This document shows, one piece after another, positions 49,601 to 61,224 of a DNA stretch of 64,000 nt (positions are counted from its first letter, which is position 1; every line of letters begins with the position of its first letter). The position numbers and the translations under genes are program-made. The DNA is from Squalus acanthias. Lineage: Eukaryota. Below the pieces are notes generated by a model that had not been told where the DNA came from, ran no database searches, and saw only the letters and a program-made list of their open reading frames with translations. Where the stretch lies: the NCBI GenBank assembly GCA_030390025.1, contig CM059440.1, positions 26,288,001 through 26,352,000 of the forward strand, written 5' to 3'.

Positions 49601-51608
49601 ATTTTAAAGCTGCACTATTTGACAGGCCTGCCGTAAAGGGCAGCCCTACTTTGTTATACAGTATGTAGGAATATAAATATTACTGTCCACCTTTAAAAGG
49701 TGCATTCTATTTTTAATAAAATATAAGTAATCACTGAAATTGAAAAAAAAGATATATAGATATATATATAGGTTAACCTATACCCTTTTAAAGAAAAAGT
49801 TAAATTGACTGTCAATGCCGATTCAGTCTTCCCTTGGCAAGGAGTGGAAAAGAGATGCAGCACTGCGGTTGGAGGACAGCAGTAGTGTCGAAGGCGCTTG
49901 ATTATCTACCAGCAAAGTTCCGAGTCCTGTCACTCAGACTCACTTGCGTCAGTTGGGAGACTTCAGCCATTTCACAGATAGGCAACCAGATGGATTGACA
50001 GGCAATGATGTCAGAAGGGGTGTTGGGGGGGGAAGCAAAACAACAACATTCAGGGTTTGTTGCCAGGCCATGACAGAGCACTTGTGGCAAATGGGCCCTT
50101 AAGGAGGAAAGCAACAGGGAGCAAATAATCAATTTAAACACAGTAACTGCTTTCAGACTGAGTTAGAGTTGCTGAAGATTTATGAGCTGGGAGAGCCAAT
50201 CCGTATGAAAGCCATTTAACAAAAAAATGGAGAGAGTGGAGAGAGACTCCAAATGTTCACTTTCACAGAACAATGAAGTAAATTTTAAAGAGAGCGTTTG
50301 TTATATTTACCATTAACAGTTGGCAGAATCACTACATTAGTGATTCCCGCTGCTATCAAGTAGCACAGCTTTAACGAGCAGTAAGGGGGTTGCTGGAGAA
50401 GGAACGTTTGTGCTGTGCTTGAGCTCAAAGTAGGAACTCTTCAATAAATGGTTCACTTTCAGTGCGGTGGATAGAAGCTGGGATCTTGCCCTATTGGCTG
50501 GAGTTGGGCAGACCCCAGTCATACGATCATCCACTTTGCACTTGATTGAAGCATTCAGAAGGTATTAGCAAGGTTGGATTCCTCTGTTCCAAAAATCCTG
50601 ATGAATATTTTTTGTTTGTATCCTATGATTGACCTGTTGTATATTTAAACGGATAAAAAAAACACACACACACACTGGTTGGAAGCAAATAAGTCAGAGT
50701 TTGGAATCAAGAGCATCAACTTTGTGTTCAAGATGTGCTGGAACCCAACAGTGGTTGGTATAGTGACGACAGAGGGTCACAATCCCTCTGAGGAGTTTGT
50801 TTTTCATTTTTATTTTTGTTTGTTGTAAATGTATTTAAAAAAAAACTTTGTAGCCATTTCTGACAGCATGGGACAGATTCTTGTAAAAACAAAACTAGAG
50901 CTTTTTAAAAAAAAAAATACAATTTGATTTTCCTGATAATGACATATTAAAGACTTGGGTGACAAGTGTTTTCTTCATGAGGCTTTCTTGGAACAGGAGT
51001 CTAAAACCCTTTGGAATTGGCTTGTCTCCCCTTGTATGCACTGCCATTGTCTTGTGTAATAGCTCCCTATGTGTTTTGCAGTAAAGAGGACACTTTGGCC
51101 GTTTTTGAACACGGGCTACAAGCAGCAGGAACATCAACCTCTTTCTAACATAACAAAAGCAGTACTGGCTTTTGTGGCACATTTTAAACAAAAAAATGAA
51201 TAAAAAAGTGTTGTGGTGTTCATGTGCTTAATTGTAAATATATCGTTTGTCTTTGAAATTGTCATTTTATTTTCTGGGGGTGGGAAGGGGGACAGGGAAG
51301 AGACCAGGGTTTTATTCTATAAAGGAATACAGAGTATTTTGATATTGTGCATTCCAAGGGTGATGTGTACATATCTATGATGTATATAGTGATGAAATCA
51401 TTATCATTTTGTGCAACACCAGCTCTTCTCTGTACTGCTGTTCTACAGTCAGTGTTTCAGTGTTTGTATTTTTTGTTACTGCACGTTTTATTAATCCTAG
51501 CTAAACGAGAAATGCACAACTATCCTTTGTATCAGTTTACTGCTGTAAAATACTACCAAATGTCATTAGTCGTTGCTGCCAGTCGTGATATGCATGGATG
51601 GCACTTAT

Positions 51609-51614
51609 AATAAA
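51609..51614 (+). terminator. Candidate distal polyadenylation signal
   Basis: AATAAA at the end of the AU-rich block, with upstream TGTA motifs and downstream U/GU-rich sequence. Confidence 0.5.
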
Positions 51615-51811
51615 TGCTGTAGCTTCAGTTATGCGTTAAGGGCTTCTCTTTTAATGAGGTATGTTTGTAATCAAACTCGCAACAGCAGTGACTGTGTGTG
51701 TGTGTGTGTATACAGAACTAACCGCCTACGGGCTGTGTGTATAATATTTTTATATGTAGGACTTGTCACACAAGGGCTGAGTGTATGCAAGAGCTGTGTA
51801 CGGGACAGCTT

Positions 51812-52290
51812 GCATTTAAATGGCGCTCTTGACACACAAGAACATCTCGGAGCATTTTACAAAAGGGAGAGGTCAATGCTGAGCAGGAAAGTAAAGGTTA
51901 GGAGGGAGATAGAAGTTGTGGTCCGAGAGATTTTTTTGGAGCTTTTTGAAGGCAGGTCGAGGGGTGAAGTGTTTTTAGAAGAGGGCAGGGAAGGTCCAAG
52001 GCTGAAACATTGACCTACCAAAGGCGAGACATGCAGAAGGAGATGAGCAGATTCTGAGGAACGGAAGATACACTCAGGGATGTATAGCTGGAGATTTACA
52101 AAATAGGGGAAGCAAAGAAGGTATTTGGAAATGAAGACGGCAATCTTGAAGTCAACTCAACCAGACACAGGAGGCAGTGGTGAGCTGGCTGAGGTTGGGG
52201 GCTTATGGGTGTTTATACAAGAGAAAACTCAACTTGCAGCGCTCTAATTTAGCTGAAGTTTTATGAAGGGCGGAGAGTATTACAGACATC
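51812..52290 (-). mobile_element. Degraded L2-like LINE 3' fragment
   Basis: gcatttaaatggcgct tail resembling the Deu-SINE tail; purine-rich body with aatcttgaagtcaa...ggaggcagtgg. Confidence 0.5.
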
Positions 52291-53539
52291 AGTCATTAAG
52301 ATGATCAAGGAATGGTTGGGGACTTTCTGTTTTGAGTGTGGCTACATAATCAGTCATCCAAGAGCTGTATGAATAAGCTGGACCAGCTGCCACAAGGACT
52401 GTGTTTGTGTAAGACTCACTGCTGTAAAGGCTGTGTGCATGTGCGCAGGAGTCACTAACACCATGACTCTGCATTTGCATTTATGTGTTTGTGTAAAGGG
52501 CTTACCACTACACAGACTGTGTGCACAGAACCCACTAATGCGTGTCTATGCTGTGTGCACTTGCATGTGGGTTTCAGCATCGCCCATTACTAAAGTTGCA
52601 CCAAATACAATAAGGGTGACAGATGATCAACAAGAAGCAAAAGTGCTAGCTCGGGTTTGGGGGAAAGTGAACTGAAGGATTGGAGCAAAAGTGTAAATAT
52701 TTACAGGAGCCTCTTTACATAGTTTCATGATATTTTAAACAAAAAGCTCCAGGAGCATAACATTGAATTCTGACTTACTGCATTTCACAGATTATATATA
52801 CATGCTCTCATAGACACGGAGCCACAGTGATGGTATTAATCTCAACTCTCATTTCCCTCTCCTGAAGATTACTTCTACTTCCTCTTCCGCAACTGGCAGC
52901 TGTCTGGCACCATACTTCATCTGAGACTAGGCAATGGATGTTGGCAGATTATCTGGGAAGTATGATCCAGTTATCAACCAATATCCCCATGTGCATTTTT
53001 CTATTGGGGGTCAGGTGCAGGGACTCTGGCAGAGTTCTCCCTTCCTTGCCTTGTGGGGGGGGGGGGGGGGGGGGACGACGACGACGCGCGGCTGAGGCCA
53101 ATTGTAGCACCCCTGTTGCTACCTAGCTGAGAGTGGATGTTCGTCATTTTGGAATGGATACCGGGCGGAAGGGACCGGTTTCCTACAATCCATTTGCGAT
53201 TGGCTGCTAGAAATTGGCATCCTTGCAGCCCCTGTGCCTAAAAACAAGTTTACGGATCTATCCTAAACAAGGATGGAGTTCCAGTCAGCAATGAGCCTTA
53301 ACCCTTCTCTCCAGCACCGGGATTAGCATCCTCAGGTGAATTCTGCAGCTTCCTGGGATCCTGTACACCAATGACTTAGTGTAATCATCATTATTTTTTC
53401 TAATTTTCGCTCAACCTCCCCAGAAGGCACTGACCTGGGCAGGGGTACAGTTCCACAGATGCTGAGCAGATCCTGTTGCCTCGTCCAAGCAGCCATTTTT
53501 TTTTTAATGAGCTTAGACAACAAAGATCAGAAATTGTAC

Positions 53540-53790
53540 AGGGAGCGAATCGCAACCGAGCCCAATCATGTTCTTGCCTACCATCCACACACTCGCCTCC
53601 CGGCAGGGGGTCACTGGCTACTGATCAGGAGTGGGAACGCTTACCAGCTCTTTTTTTCCTTCCTCTCCTCCGCCCAGGGGCACTGGGACCAATTACAGTG
53701 TCGTCCCACCACAGGCCAGGGAGCAAGCCTGGGACCGTCCTGGTCGATATGGCTTAGTTTCACACACGGTGCATTTACCTATTGAGAAGC
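53540..53790 (-). mobile_element. SINE family B (another copy at ~52840-53135)
   Basis: gcaggggtcactggcta.tgatcaggagtgggaac...ctgggaccgtcctggtc.atatggc. Confidence 0.55.
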
Positions 53791-55139
53791 TCTTTTCTTA
53801 ATTGTGATCAAATTTAACATCCTCCCGCTGACTGCTCTATCCTCTCCGCCCAAATGTGTGACAGCTGCTTGGTTGACTGTCAAGCATATATTAGCTGTCT
53901 GCATGCTAAGATATAACTACATAGAAGATGGTAAAAATGTGAAATAACCTGCCCAGCGGAACAGTGAACTGGAGATGGTTATACATTTTAAGAGGTTGAT
54001 GGCTAGATTTTTGAGACAGGGCTTTTGAAGGGTGAGGAATAAAGTGGGGTATGATGAGCTTTGGGACCCATGGCTGGAAGTGATTGTTTTTGGTTCTGAA
54101 TATTCATTGTTCCTTAAAAAATTTGAACCTATCTCTAGCAATGCATCACGGGTGACCATGGTCTCCTCGAGCTCGCTTGACTTCCTTCTGGAGTCGGAGA
54201 TGAATTACACAGGGTATTTACTGAAATTGGCCAAAGGGATTGTTTCTTTGCCTCACAGAGGGATCAGAATTACTAGGGATTGGGGAGGGTGGTGCCAGAG
54301 GATGGATTGGGTATGAGTTGGTAGTTCAGGGTTTGCCTCCGGCATTCTCTAAGGTACATTGGTCACCCCCATAAGTGATCTGGGTGTCTTGCGTTTAGGA
54401 GTGTGCCCGTACGCCCACTGTCTAACTCTATGACGGTGTAACCCAAAAGTGTGGCAATAGGGACGGACCCCTTGTGATTTGAACTGGATATCATGTCTTT
54501 CTCACATACCCTTCTCCAATATTGTTGAAGGCTGACTGAAACACGTGATGAGAATAGGCCAGATATTGTTTAAGCTACTTTATTTCATAGACAGCCAGGA
54601 AACACACAAGGTAACAATCAAAGCAAAGTTCACTTAGCTCAATCTCATGTCTCCAAAAACGTGGAAAATAATGAATAATCCAAGTGCCCTGTGCCTTTCA
54701 TGGGCTGGCTGACTTGTTTTTTGCATGACCTTTCTTTCATACTGCTACTAACGGCAAAAAATTAACCCCCTGCATGCTTCCAGCTCATGGAGTGTGTGCC
54801 ACAATCTTTTGTTCAAAACTGGTCTTCCCAAGTGGCCCGATGTGGCCCAGCCCGGGGGCGAGGGGGGCGGTAGCTGATGGGACACTGACTTTCTTCCAAT
54901 AGTGATTTGTTAGTAAGCCTGTCAATAAAACCAGCTACTTCTCCTCCCACTTTGGCGTATGCTGTTTTCGAGATGAATGGAAGGCAATTGACCCTTATTA
55001 TTGTATCAGTTTGATGTCAGACTGTGAACCGTGACATTTCACAAATTGCCCCATCTGGTTTCAGGGCGCATTTTCAATACCTGCAGAGGATGTAACTTAC
55101 CCCTTTTTAAACCTGTGCAAATTCGCTGTTTCGAAACAC

Positions 55140-55328
55140 AACACTACACAGGATCTACAGCACAGCAATAGGCCATTTGGCTCCACTGGTTTTATGCTCC
55201 ACACGAGCCTCCTCCCACCCCTCTTCATCTATCCCCATCAGCACAACCTATTCCTTTCACCCTCCTGTTTATCTAGCTTCCCTTTAAATGCATCTATGCT
55301 ATTCGCCTCAACTACTCCTTGTGGTAGT
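55140..55328 (-). mobile_element. CR1 3' end fragment
   Basis: Reverse complement of the 19527-19722 family (tttatgctccacacgagcctcctcccacc). Confidence 0.7.
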
Positions 55329-57707
55329 TGATTGATTGACTCAAGTCAATCCCAAAATCCTTTCCATGAAGAAAAAGTGATCAGAAATCCAGAAAGGTGA
55401 CAGTGAGCATTGGTGGGCCTGATGGTTCATATGACGTGTAGTAAAGATACCGTAGGGGGGAAAAAAACTGGCATTCCAATATTTTGATGTATACGTGGTT
55501 CATCACAGTTGGTTCTTTTTTTGGCCTTCTCTTGCTGGCATCACTGAGTATTGCCAAATGTCTCCAAAATAAAGGCAAAAAACGGTCATGTAGCATCGCC
55601 AGCCAGCATACCTTTGAAGTTAAATATGTTTGAAGCTGCCAACCCATCAACCATGGCAGGAGAACAGTCCCCTGTGAGAGAAATGCATTGGGATTTAGGG
55701 TTGTGCCCAGAGGCTTATTCTAGTTTCCAACTTGATTCTGGAGTTGTCCTCTGTAAACTGATTCACTTGTGAAGCTCCAGCCAGGGCCCTCCAATGACCC
55801 AGTTGCTAAAGGTCGCTTGTAATGAAGCCATACAGTGTAGAAGGTGTCAGGTTTGATCATCAATCTGGGGTGCAACAATGGACCTTCAGTACCTTTAGGG
55901 GCAGAGATCCCACTCCTCAACATTATCCAGTGACCCCGAGCTGGAAAGTGTGGGTATTGGATGAGGGCAGGGTTGGGTGTGGTGTCCTCCACAGTTAAAT
56001 AGTCCTCAGAAACTCCCAGTCAAGGCCCACACATAACGAATGGCTGCTTGGACAACGAACTGGAGAATGCCTGGTGCATAGGAGTGGAAGAGGTGAGAAG
56101 TTGGACAAGTTTTACACCTAGTCTTCAGCATGAGTAAGCCACAACATTGGTAAGAATACTATTTAACTTGCAGCTCACCTCAAGGACTGGATAGGCACAG
56201 ATCAGTGTATTGAAGTCAGACAACAAATTCATGAACTAACAATTGTTTATTAACCTTAGAATCATATTTAGGAGCAAGTAATTAGTAGATAGAGTTAACT
56301 GATTAAATGAACAATGAAGGTTACAGAGGCAGTTCAGTTATGTCACATTAATTCAGCATTAACTGCTTGCTGATTCTAAATTTACGGATGAGATCAGTAT
56401 CTGAGATTTCTATAAATTGGTGAGATTAATTTAGGATTAGACTCCTTGGATAGCTGACAAGTTAGCAGCATTAACTAACCATTCTATTAAATAAATTATA
56501 GTCTATATGCTTGCAGTTAGCAATGTTTCCAGATCTTATACAGTCTCGTCCTTATGAGCTGGCATGGATGAACCGGTTGCCTGGCCTTCCTCTGGAGGGT
56601 GAAGTTAAACTTCTGGGATGTCATACCTCCGTCTGTAGAGGTGCTATCCATTCCGCCTGGATCCTCTGCTCTTGGGTAAATTCATCTTCTGCAGTGGTAG
56701 CTGTATCTGGACAAGCTGGCTTAAATCTCACCTCCCTTCATCTCAGGAGAAACTCGTACATCTAAGTGACCAACTTGTATCTGATTGTATCTGGCGGGTA
56801 TAGGTGTACAATCATCTGTAGCCTTTGTCTCTGTCAAATATGCACTTTCCAATTTTACAGAAACACCCTTCTGCATATACTAGACAATGAACTCGTACAC
56901 CTCATACTACAAAGATTACTACTAAAAGAACAAGAACTAGAACTAAACTAGGAACTGAGGATTAAAAACTGAACTTTAGTGTCAAAACACTATCATATAT
57001 ATCCTTAATTTCCAAAGAAACTTCCTCACTTCTGTTGACCAATCTGAGTGACGTGCTCCAAGAGTTCAGTCCTTCTGGTGCCAGTCACCTCCCACAGCTC
57101 TGTTGGTAACCCTACTGATCTCCAAATCACTGAAGCACCAGCACCTAGACATGCCAGGCTGCTCGTTTACTCACTAGCTTCTCAAGTCCTTGTTAATAAA
57201 TGAGCCGTACGCAAGTCCAGAAAAGGCTGAACATGTTTGCGTGCCCCTTAACGAGCCGTTTCTGGGCCTGTTGTCTTGAAGGCTTGTCCTCTATCCCAGG
57301 TAAGGAATGTTTGGTTTGTCTTATCCTACATGGTTTAATTAGCATTAGCACTTTTCTTTCTGAGCATTCAGTCTGATGATTGACTCCATTTTGAAGGCAC
57401 AATTAAGGCAATTCTTGGGCATTTCCCTTACCTATCCTGACTGACCAAAAAATTGCTTGATCCTTGTGCGTCTTCAGTGAATAAGTTCCACCCTGTGTTA
57501 TCTTAAATACAGTACTGAGAATCCTACTTAAAATTCAACCAGGACATTAGGCCAAGGAGACATGGATTCAAATCCATTTTAGAACTGATGTCACAAAATT
57601 CTCCACATAAATAGGAATCAACATCTGAAATTAACTTCCAGGTAAGGTACTAAACCCTGGAATCAGCAACGGTTGGATGCTGTAAGAGAGGAACTGTAGG
57701 TTGTTCG

Positions 57708-59934
57708 TTTTTTTTATTTTTCGTTTATGGGATGTGGGCATCGCTGGCAAGGCCAGCATTTATTGCCCATCGCTAATTGCCCTGGAGAAGGTGGTGGTGA
57801 GCTGCCTTCTTGAACTGCTGCAGTCCGTGCGGTGAAGGTACTCCCACAGTGCTGTTAGGGAGGGAGTTCCAGGAATTTCACAAAGTGATGATGAAGGATC
57901 GGCGATATACTTTTAAGTCAGGATGGTGTGTGGCTTGGAGGGGAACTTGGAGGTGGTGGTGTTCCCATGCGCCTGCTGCCCTTGTCCTTCTAGGTGGAAG
58001 AGGTCGAGGGTTTGGGAGGTGCTGCCGAAGAAGTCTTGGCGAGTTGCTGCAGTGCATCTTGTAGATGGTACACACTGCAGCCACGGTATGCCGGTGGTGG
58101 AGAGAGTGAATGTTTAAGGTGGTGGATGGGGTGCCAATCAAGCAGGCTGCTTTGTTCTGGATGGTGTCGAGCTTCTTGTGTTGTTGGAGCTGCACTCATC
58201 CGGGCAAGTGGAGAGTATTCCATCACACTCCTTACTTGTGCCTTGTAGATGGTGGAAAGGCTTTGGGGAGTCAGGAGGTGAAACACTCGCCGCAGAATAC
58301 CTAGCCTCTGACCTGCTCTTGTTGCCACAGTATTTATGTGACTGGTCCAGTTAAGTTTCTGGTTAATGGTGACCCCCAGGATGTTGATGGTGGGGGATTC
58401 GGTGATGGTAATGCTGTTGAATGTCAAGGGGAGGTGGTTAGACTCTCGCTTGTTGGAGATAGTCATTACCTGGCACTTCTGTGGCGTGAATGTTACCTGC
58501 CACTTATCAGCCCAAGCCTGAACGTCATCCAGGTCTTGTTGCATGCGCTGAACACTGTGCAGTCATCAGCGAACATCCCCATTACTGACCTTGTGTTGGA
58601 GGGAAGGTCATTGATGAAGCTGGATGGGCCTAGGTTGACCTTCAACCACCACCCTTTGTGCTAGAAATGACTCCAGCCAGTGGAGCGTCCCCCCCCCCCC
58701 CGCCGATTCCCATTGACTTCAGTTTTACAAGGGCTCCTTCATGCCACACTCAGTCAAATGCTGCCTTGATGTCAAGGGCAGTCACTCTCACCTCACCTCT
58801 GGAATTCAGCTCCTTTGTCCATGTTTGGACCAAGGCTGTAATGAGGTCGGGAGCCGACTGGTCTTGGCGGAACCCAAACTGGGCATCAGTGAGCAGGTGC
58901 TGCTTGATAGCACTGTCAACGACACCTTCAATCACTTTGCTGATGAGTGAGAGTAGACTGATGGTGCCGTAATTGACCGGGTTGGATTTGTCCTGCTTTT
59001 TGTGGACAGGACATACCCGGGCAGTTTTCCACATTGTCGGATAGATGCCAGTGTTGTAGCTGTACTGGAACAGCTTGGATAGAGGCACGGCTAGTTCTGA
59101 AGCACAAGTCTTCAGCATGATAGCTGGGATGTTGTCGGAGCCCATAGCCTTTGCTGTATCCAGTGCACTCAGCCATTTCTTGATATCACGTGGAGTGAAT
59201 TGAATTGGCTGAAGACTGGCTTCTGTGGGGACCTCAGGAGGAGGCCGATATGGATCATCCACTTGGCACTTCTGGCTGAAGATGGTTGCAAACGCTTCAG
59301 CCTTGTCCATGCTTGGCCTTAAGTAATGAGACTTCATGGGGTCTGGAGTCAATGTTGAGGACTCCCATGGCCACTCCTTCCTGACTGTATATCACTGTGC
59401 CGTCACCCCTGGTGGGGATGGAGGAGTTTGGGACATTGGCTGAAAGGTATGATTCTGTGAGTATGACTTGTCACAGACTAGTCAAGCAACTTTTGGCACA
59501 ATCCCCAGATGTTGGTGAGGAGGACTTTGCAGGGTCAACTGGGCTGGGTGTGCTGTTGCCGTGTCCGTAGCTTGTGCTGAGGTCAATGCCGGGTGGTCCG
59601 TCCGGTTTCATTCTTATTGTGTTTCGTAGTGGTTTGTTACAACTGAGGCCATTTCAGAGGGCAGTTAAGAGTCAACCACATTGCTGTGGGTCTGGAGTCA
59701 CATATAGGCCAGATCAGGTAAGAATTCATTCCCTAAACGACATTAGTGAACCAGATGGGTTTTATGACAATCCAATAATTTCATGGTTACTAGCTTTTTA
59801 ATTCCAGATTTATTTCATTAACTGAATTTAAATTCCTCAGCTGCCATGGTGGGATTTGAACTCACATGTCTGGATCATTAGTCCAGGCCTCTGGATTACT
59901 AGCCCAGTGACATTACCACTACGCTACCGTTCCC
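57708..59934 (-). mobile_element. Internally deleted APE-RT LINE with tRNA-derived 5' head
   Basis: 3' poly(A) and RT region collinear with 15104-17312; APE N-terminal motifs KVLLTNIWGL and VILTESYL near 59530-59440; 5' end has A-box TAGCGTAGTGG and B-box GTTCAAATCC. Confidence 0.85.
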
Positions 59935-60039
59935 TTGACTGACTGATCTAAGATGAGCTAAATGGCTTTCCTCATCTATATCTATCTTGTGATCCCTGGA
60001 TCCAGTTGTCTGTCATTCTGATCCTCCCCGAACTGTAAT

Positions 60040-60497
60040 CATAAGAACATAACATAAGAATTAGGAGCAGGAGTCGGCCATTTGACCCTTTGAGCCTGCT
60101 CCGCCATTCAATAAGATCATGGCTGATCTTCAATCTCAACTGCACTTTCCCCATATCCCTTGATTCCCTTAATATCCAAAAATCTATCGATCTCTGTCTT
60201 GAATATACTCAACGACTGAGCCTCCACAGCCCTCTGGGGTAGAGAATTGCAAAGATTCACCACCCTCTGAGTGAAGAAATTTCTCCTCATCTCAGTCCTC
60301 AATGGCCAACCCCTTATTCTGAGACTGTGACCCCTGGTTCTAGACACCCCAGCCAGGGGAAACATCCTCCCTGCATCTACCCTATCAAGCCCTGTAAGAA
60401 TTTTGTATGTTTCAATGAGATCACCTCTCATTCTTCTAAACTCTAGAGAATATAGGCCTAGTCTACTCAATCTCTCCTCACAGGACAATCCCCCCCA
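60040..60497 (-). mobile_element. CR1 LINE 3' fragment, different subfamily
   Basis: EERLSRLGLYSLEFRRMRGDLIETYK...SRTRGH...FFTQRVV; cataagaa-type tail. Confidence 0.9.
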
Positions 60498-60819
60498 GTG
60501 TTACCAATTCTGGTGTGCATTGGTCTATTTCTTGACCACCATTTTTGAATACTTTTATTCTGCTTTTCTTTTTCTTTTGAAATTTTCCAAGGAAGTAGAG
60601 AGATAGTACGAGAGTCCTGAACTATAAAATGATCAAGCAAGTAAGCAACTGAGACAAATATCATGTAAGCCAAAACAAAGCCCATGAGTAAGCAAACCAA
60701 CCCAGACAAGTAGGCATGCCAAGAAACTTCATCAAGCCATGCCAACTGTATGCCAAGTAACCTGCTCAACCTGCTGAGCATAGCATGAGAATAAAGAGCC
60801 ATATTATTAACAATGAAAC

Positions 60820-61147
60820 AAATGCAAAATACTGCGGATGCTGGAAATCTGAAATAAAAACAGAAAATGCTGGAAATATTGAGCAGGTCAGGCAGCATCT
60901 GTGGAGAGAGAAACGGAGTTAACGTTTCAGGTCGATGACCTTTCGTCAGAACTGGAAGAAGTTAGAGATGTAACAAGTTTTAAGCAAGTACAGAGGCAGG
61001 GAAAGGGAGGAGGGGAGGAAAGAACAAAAGGGAAGGTCAGTGATAGGCTGGAAGGCAGGAGTGATTAAATGACAAAAGGGATGATGGTGCAAGGCAAAAG
61101 GGGATGGTAATGGGACAAGTAAAGAAACAAAAGATGGGTCTAGAGCA
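60820..61147 (-). mobile_element. Penelope-like terminal segment (solo)
   Basis: Direct-repeat similarity to 61228-61520; contains a hammerhead motif. Confidence 0.8.
60917..60953 (-). ncRNA. Minimal type I hammerhead ribozyme motif
   Basis: Minus strand: agtt-CTGACGA-a-aggtc atc gacct-GAAA-cgtt-aact. Confidence 0.78.
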
Positions 61148-61224
61148 GTTTGTCTCCCCCTCAATGCTGTCTTTCTCCAGAAATGTGTCTCATTGTTTCT
61201 CAAACCCATTCACACTAATCTCTT

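Larger units (their letters stand above)
42988..51635 (+). other. FOXJ3: Probable long FOXJ3 3' UTR
   Basis: Repeat-poor and AU-rich; AATAAA at 51199 and 51609 followed by a GT-rich tract; Pumilio-type TGTAHATA at 51233, 51366 and 51381; the 3' end is inferred. Confidence 0.55.

Noticed and set aside
23146-53074. Long poly-C/poly-G tracts (23146, 34197, 34397, 39520, 53055) as functional G-quadruplexes
   Set aside because: Homopolymer expansions, several inside repeats; length is error-prone in sequencing and nothing indicates function
59845-59934. tRNA gene
   Set aside because: A/B boxes are present but there is no clean cloverleaf, and it is embedded in a retroelement; the same applies to the SINE heads at 86 and 24288
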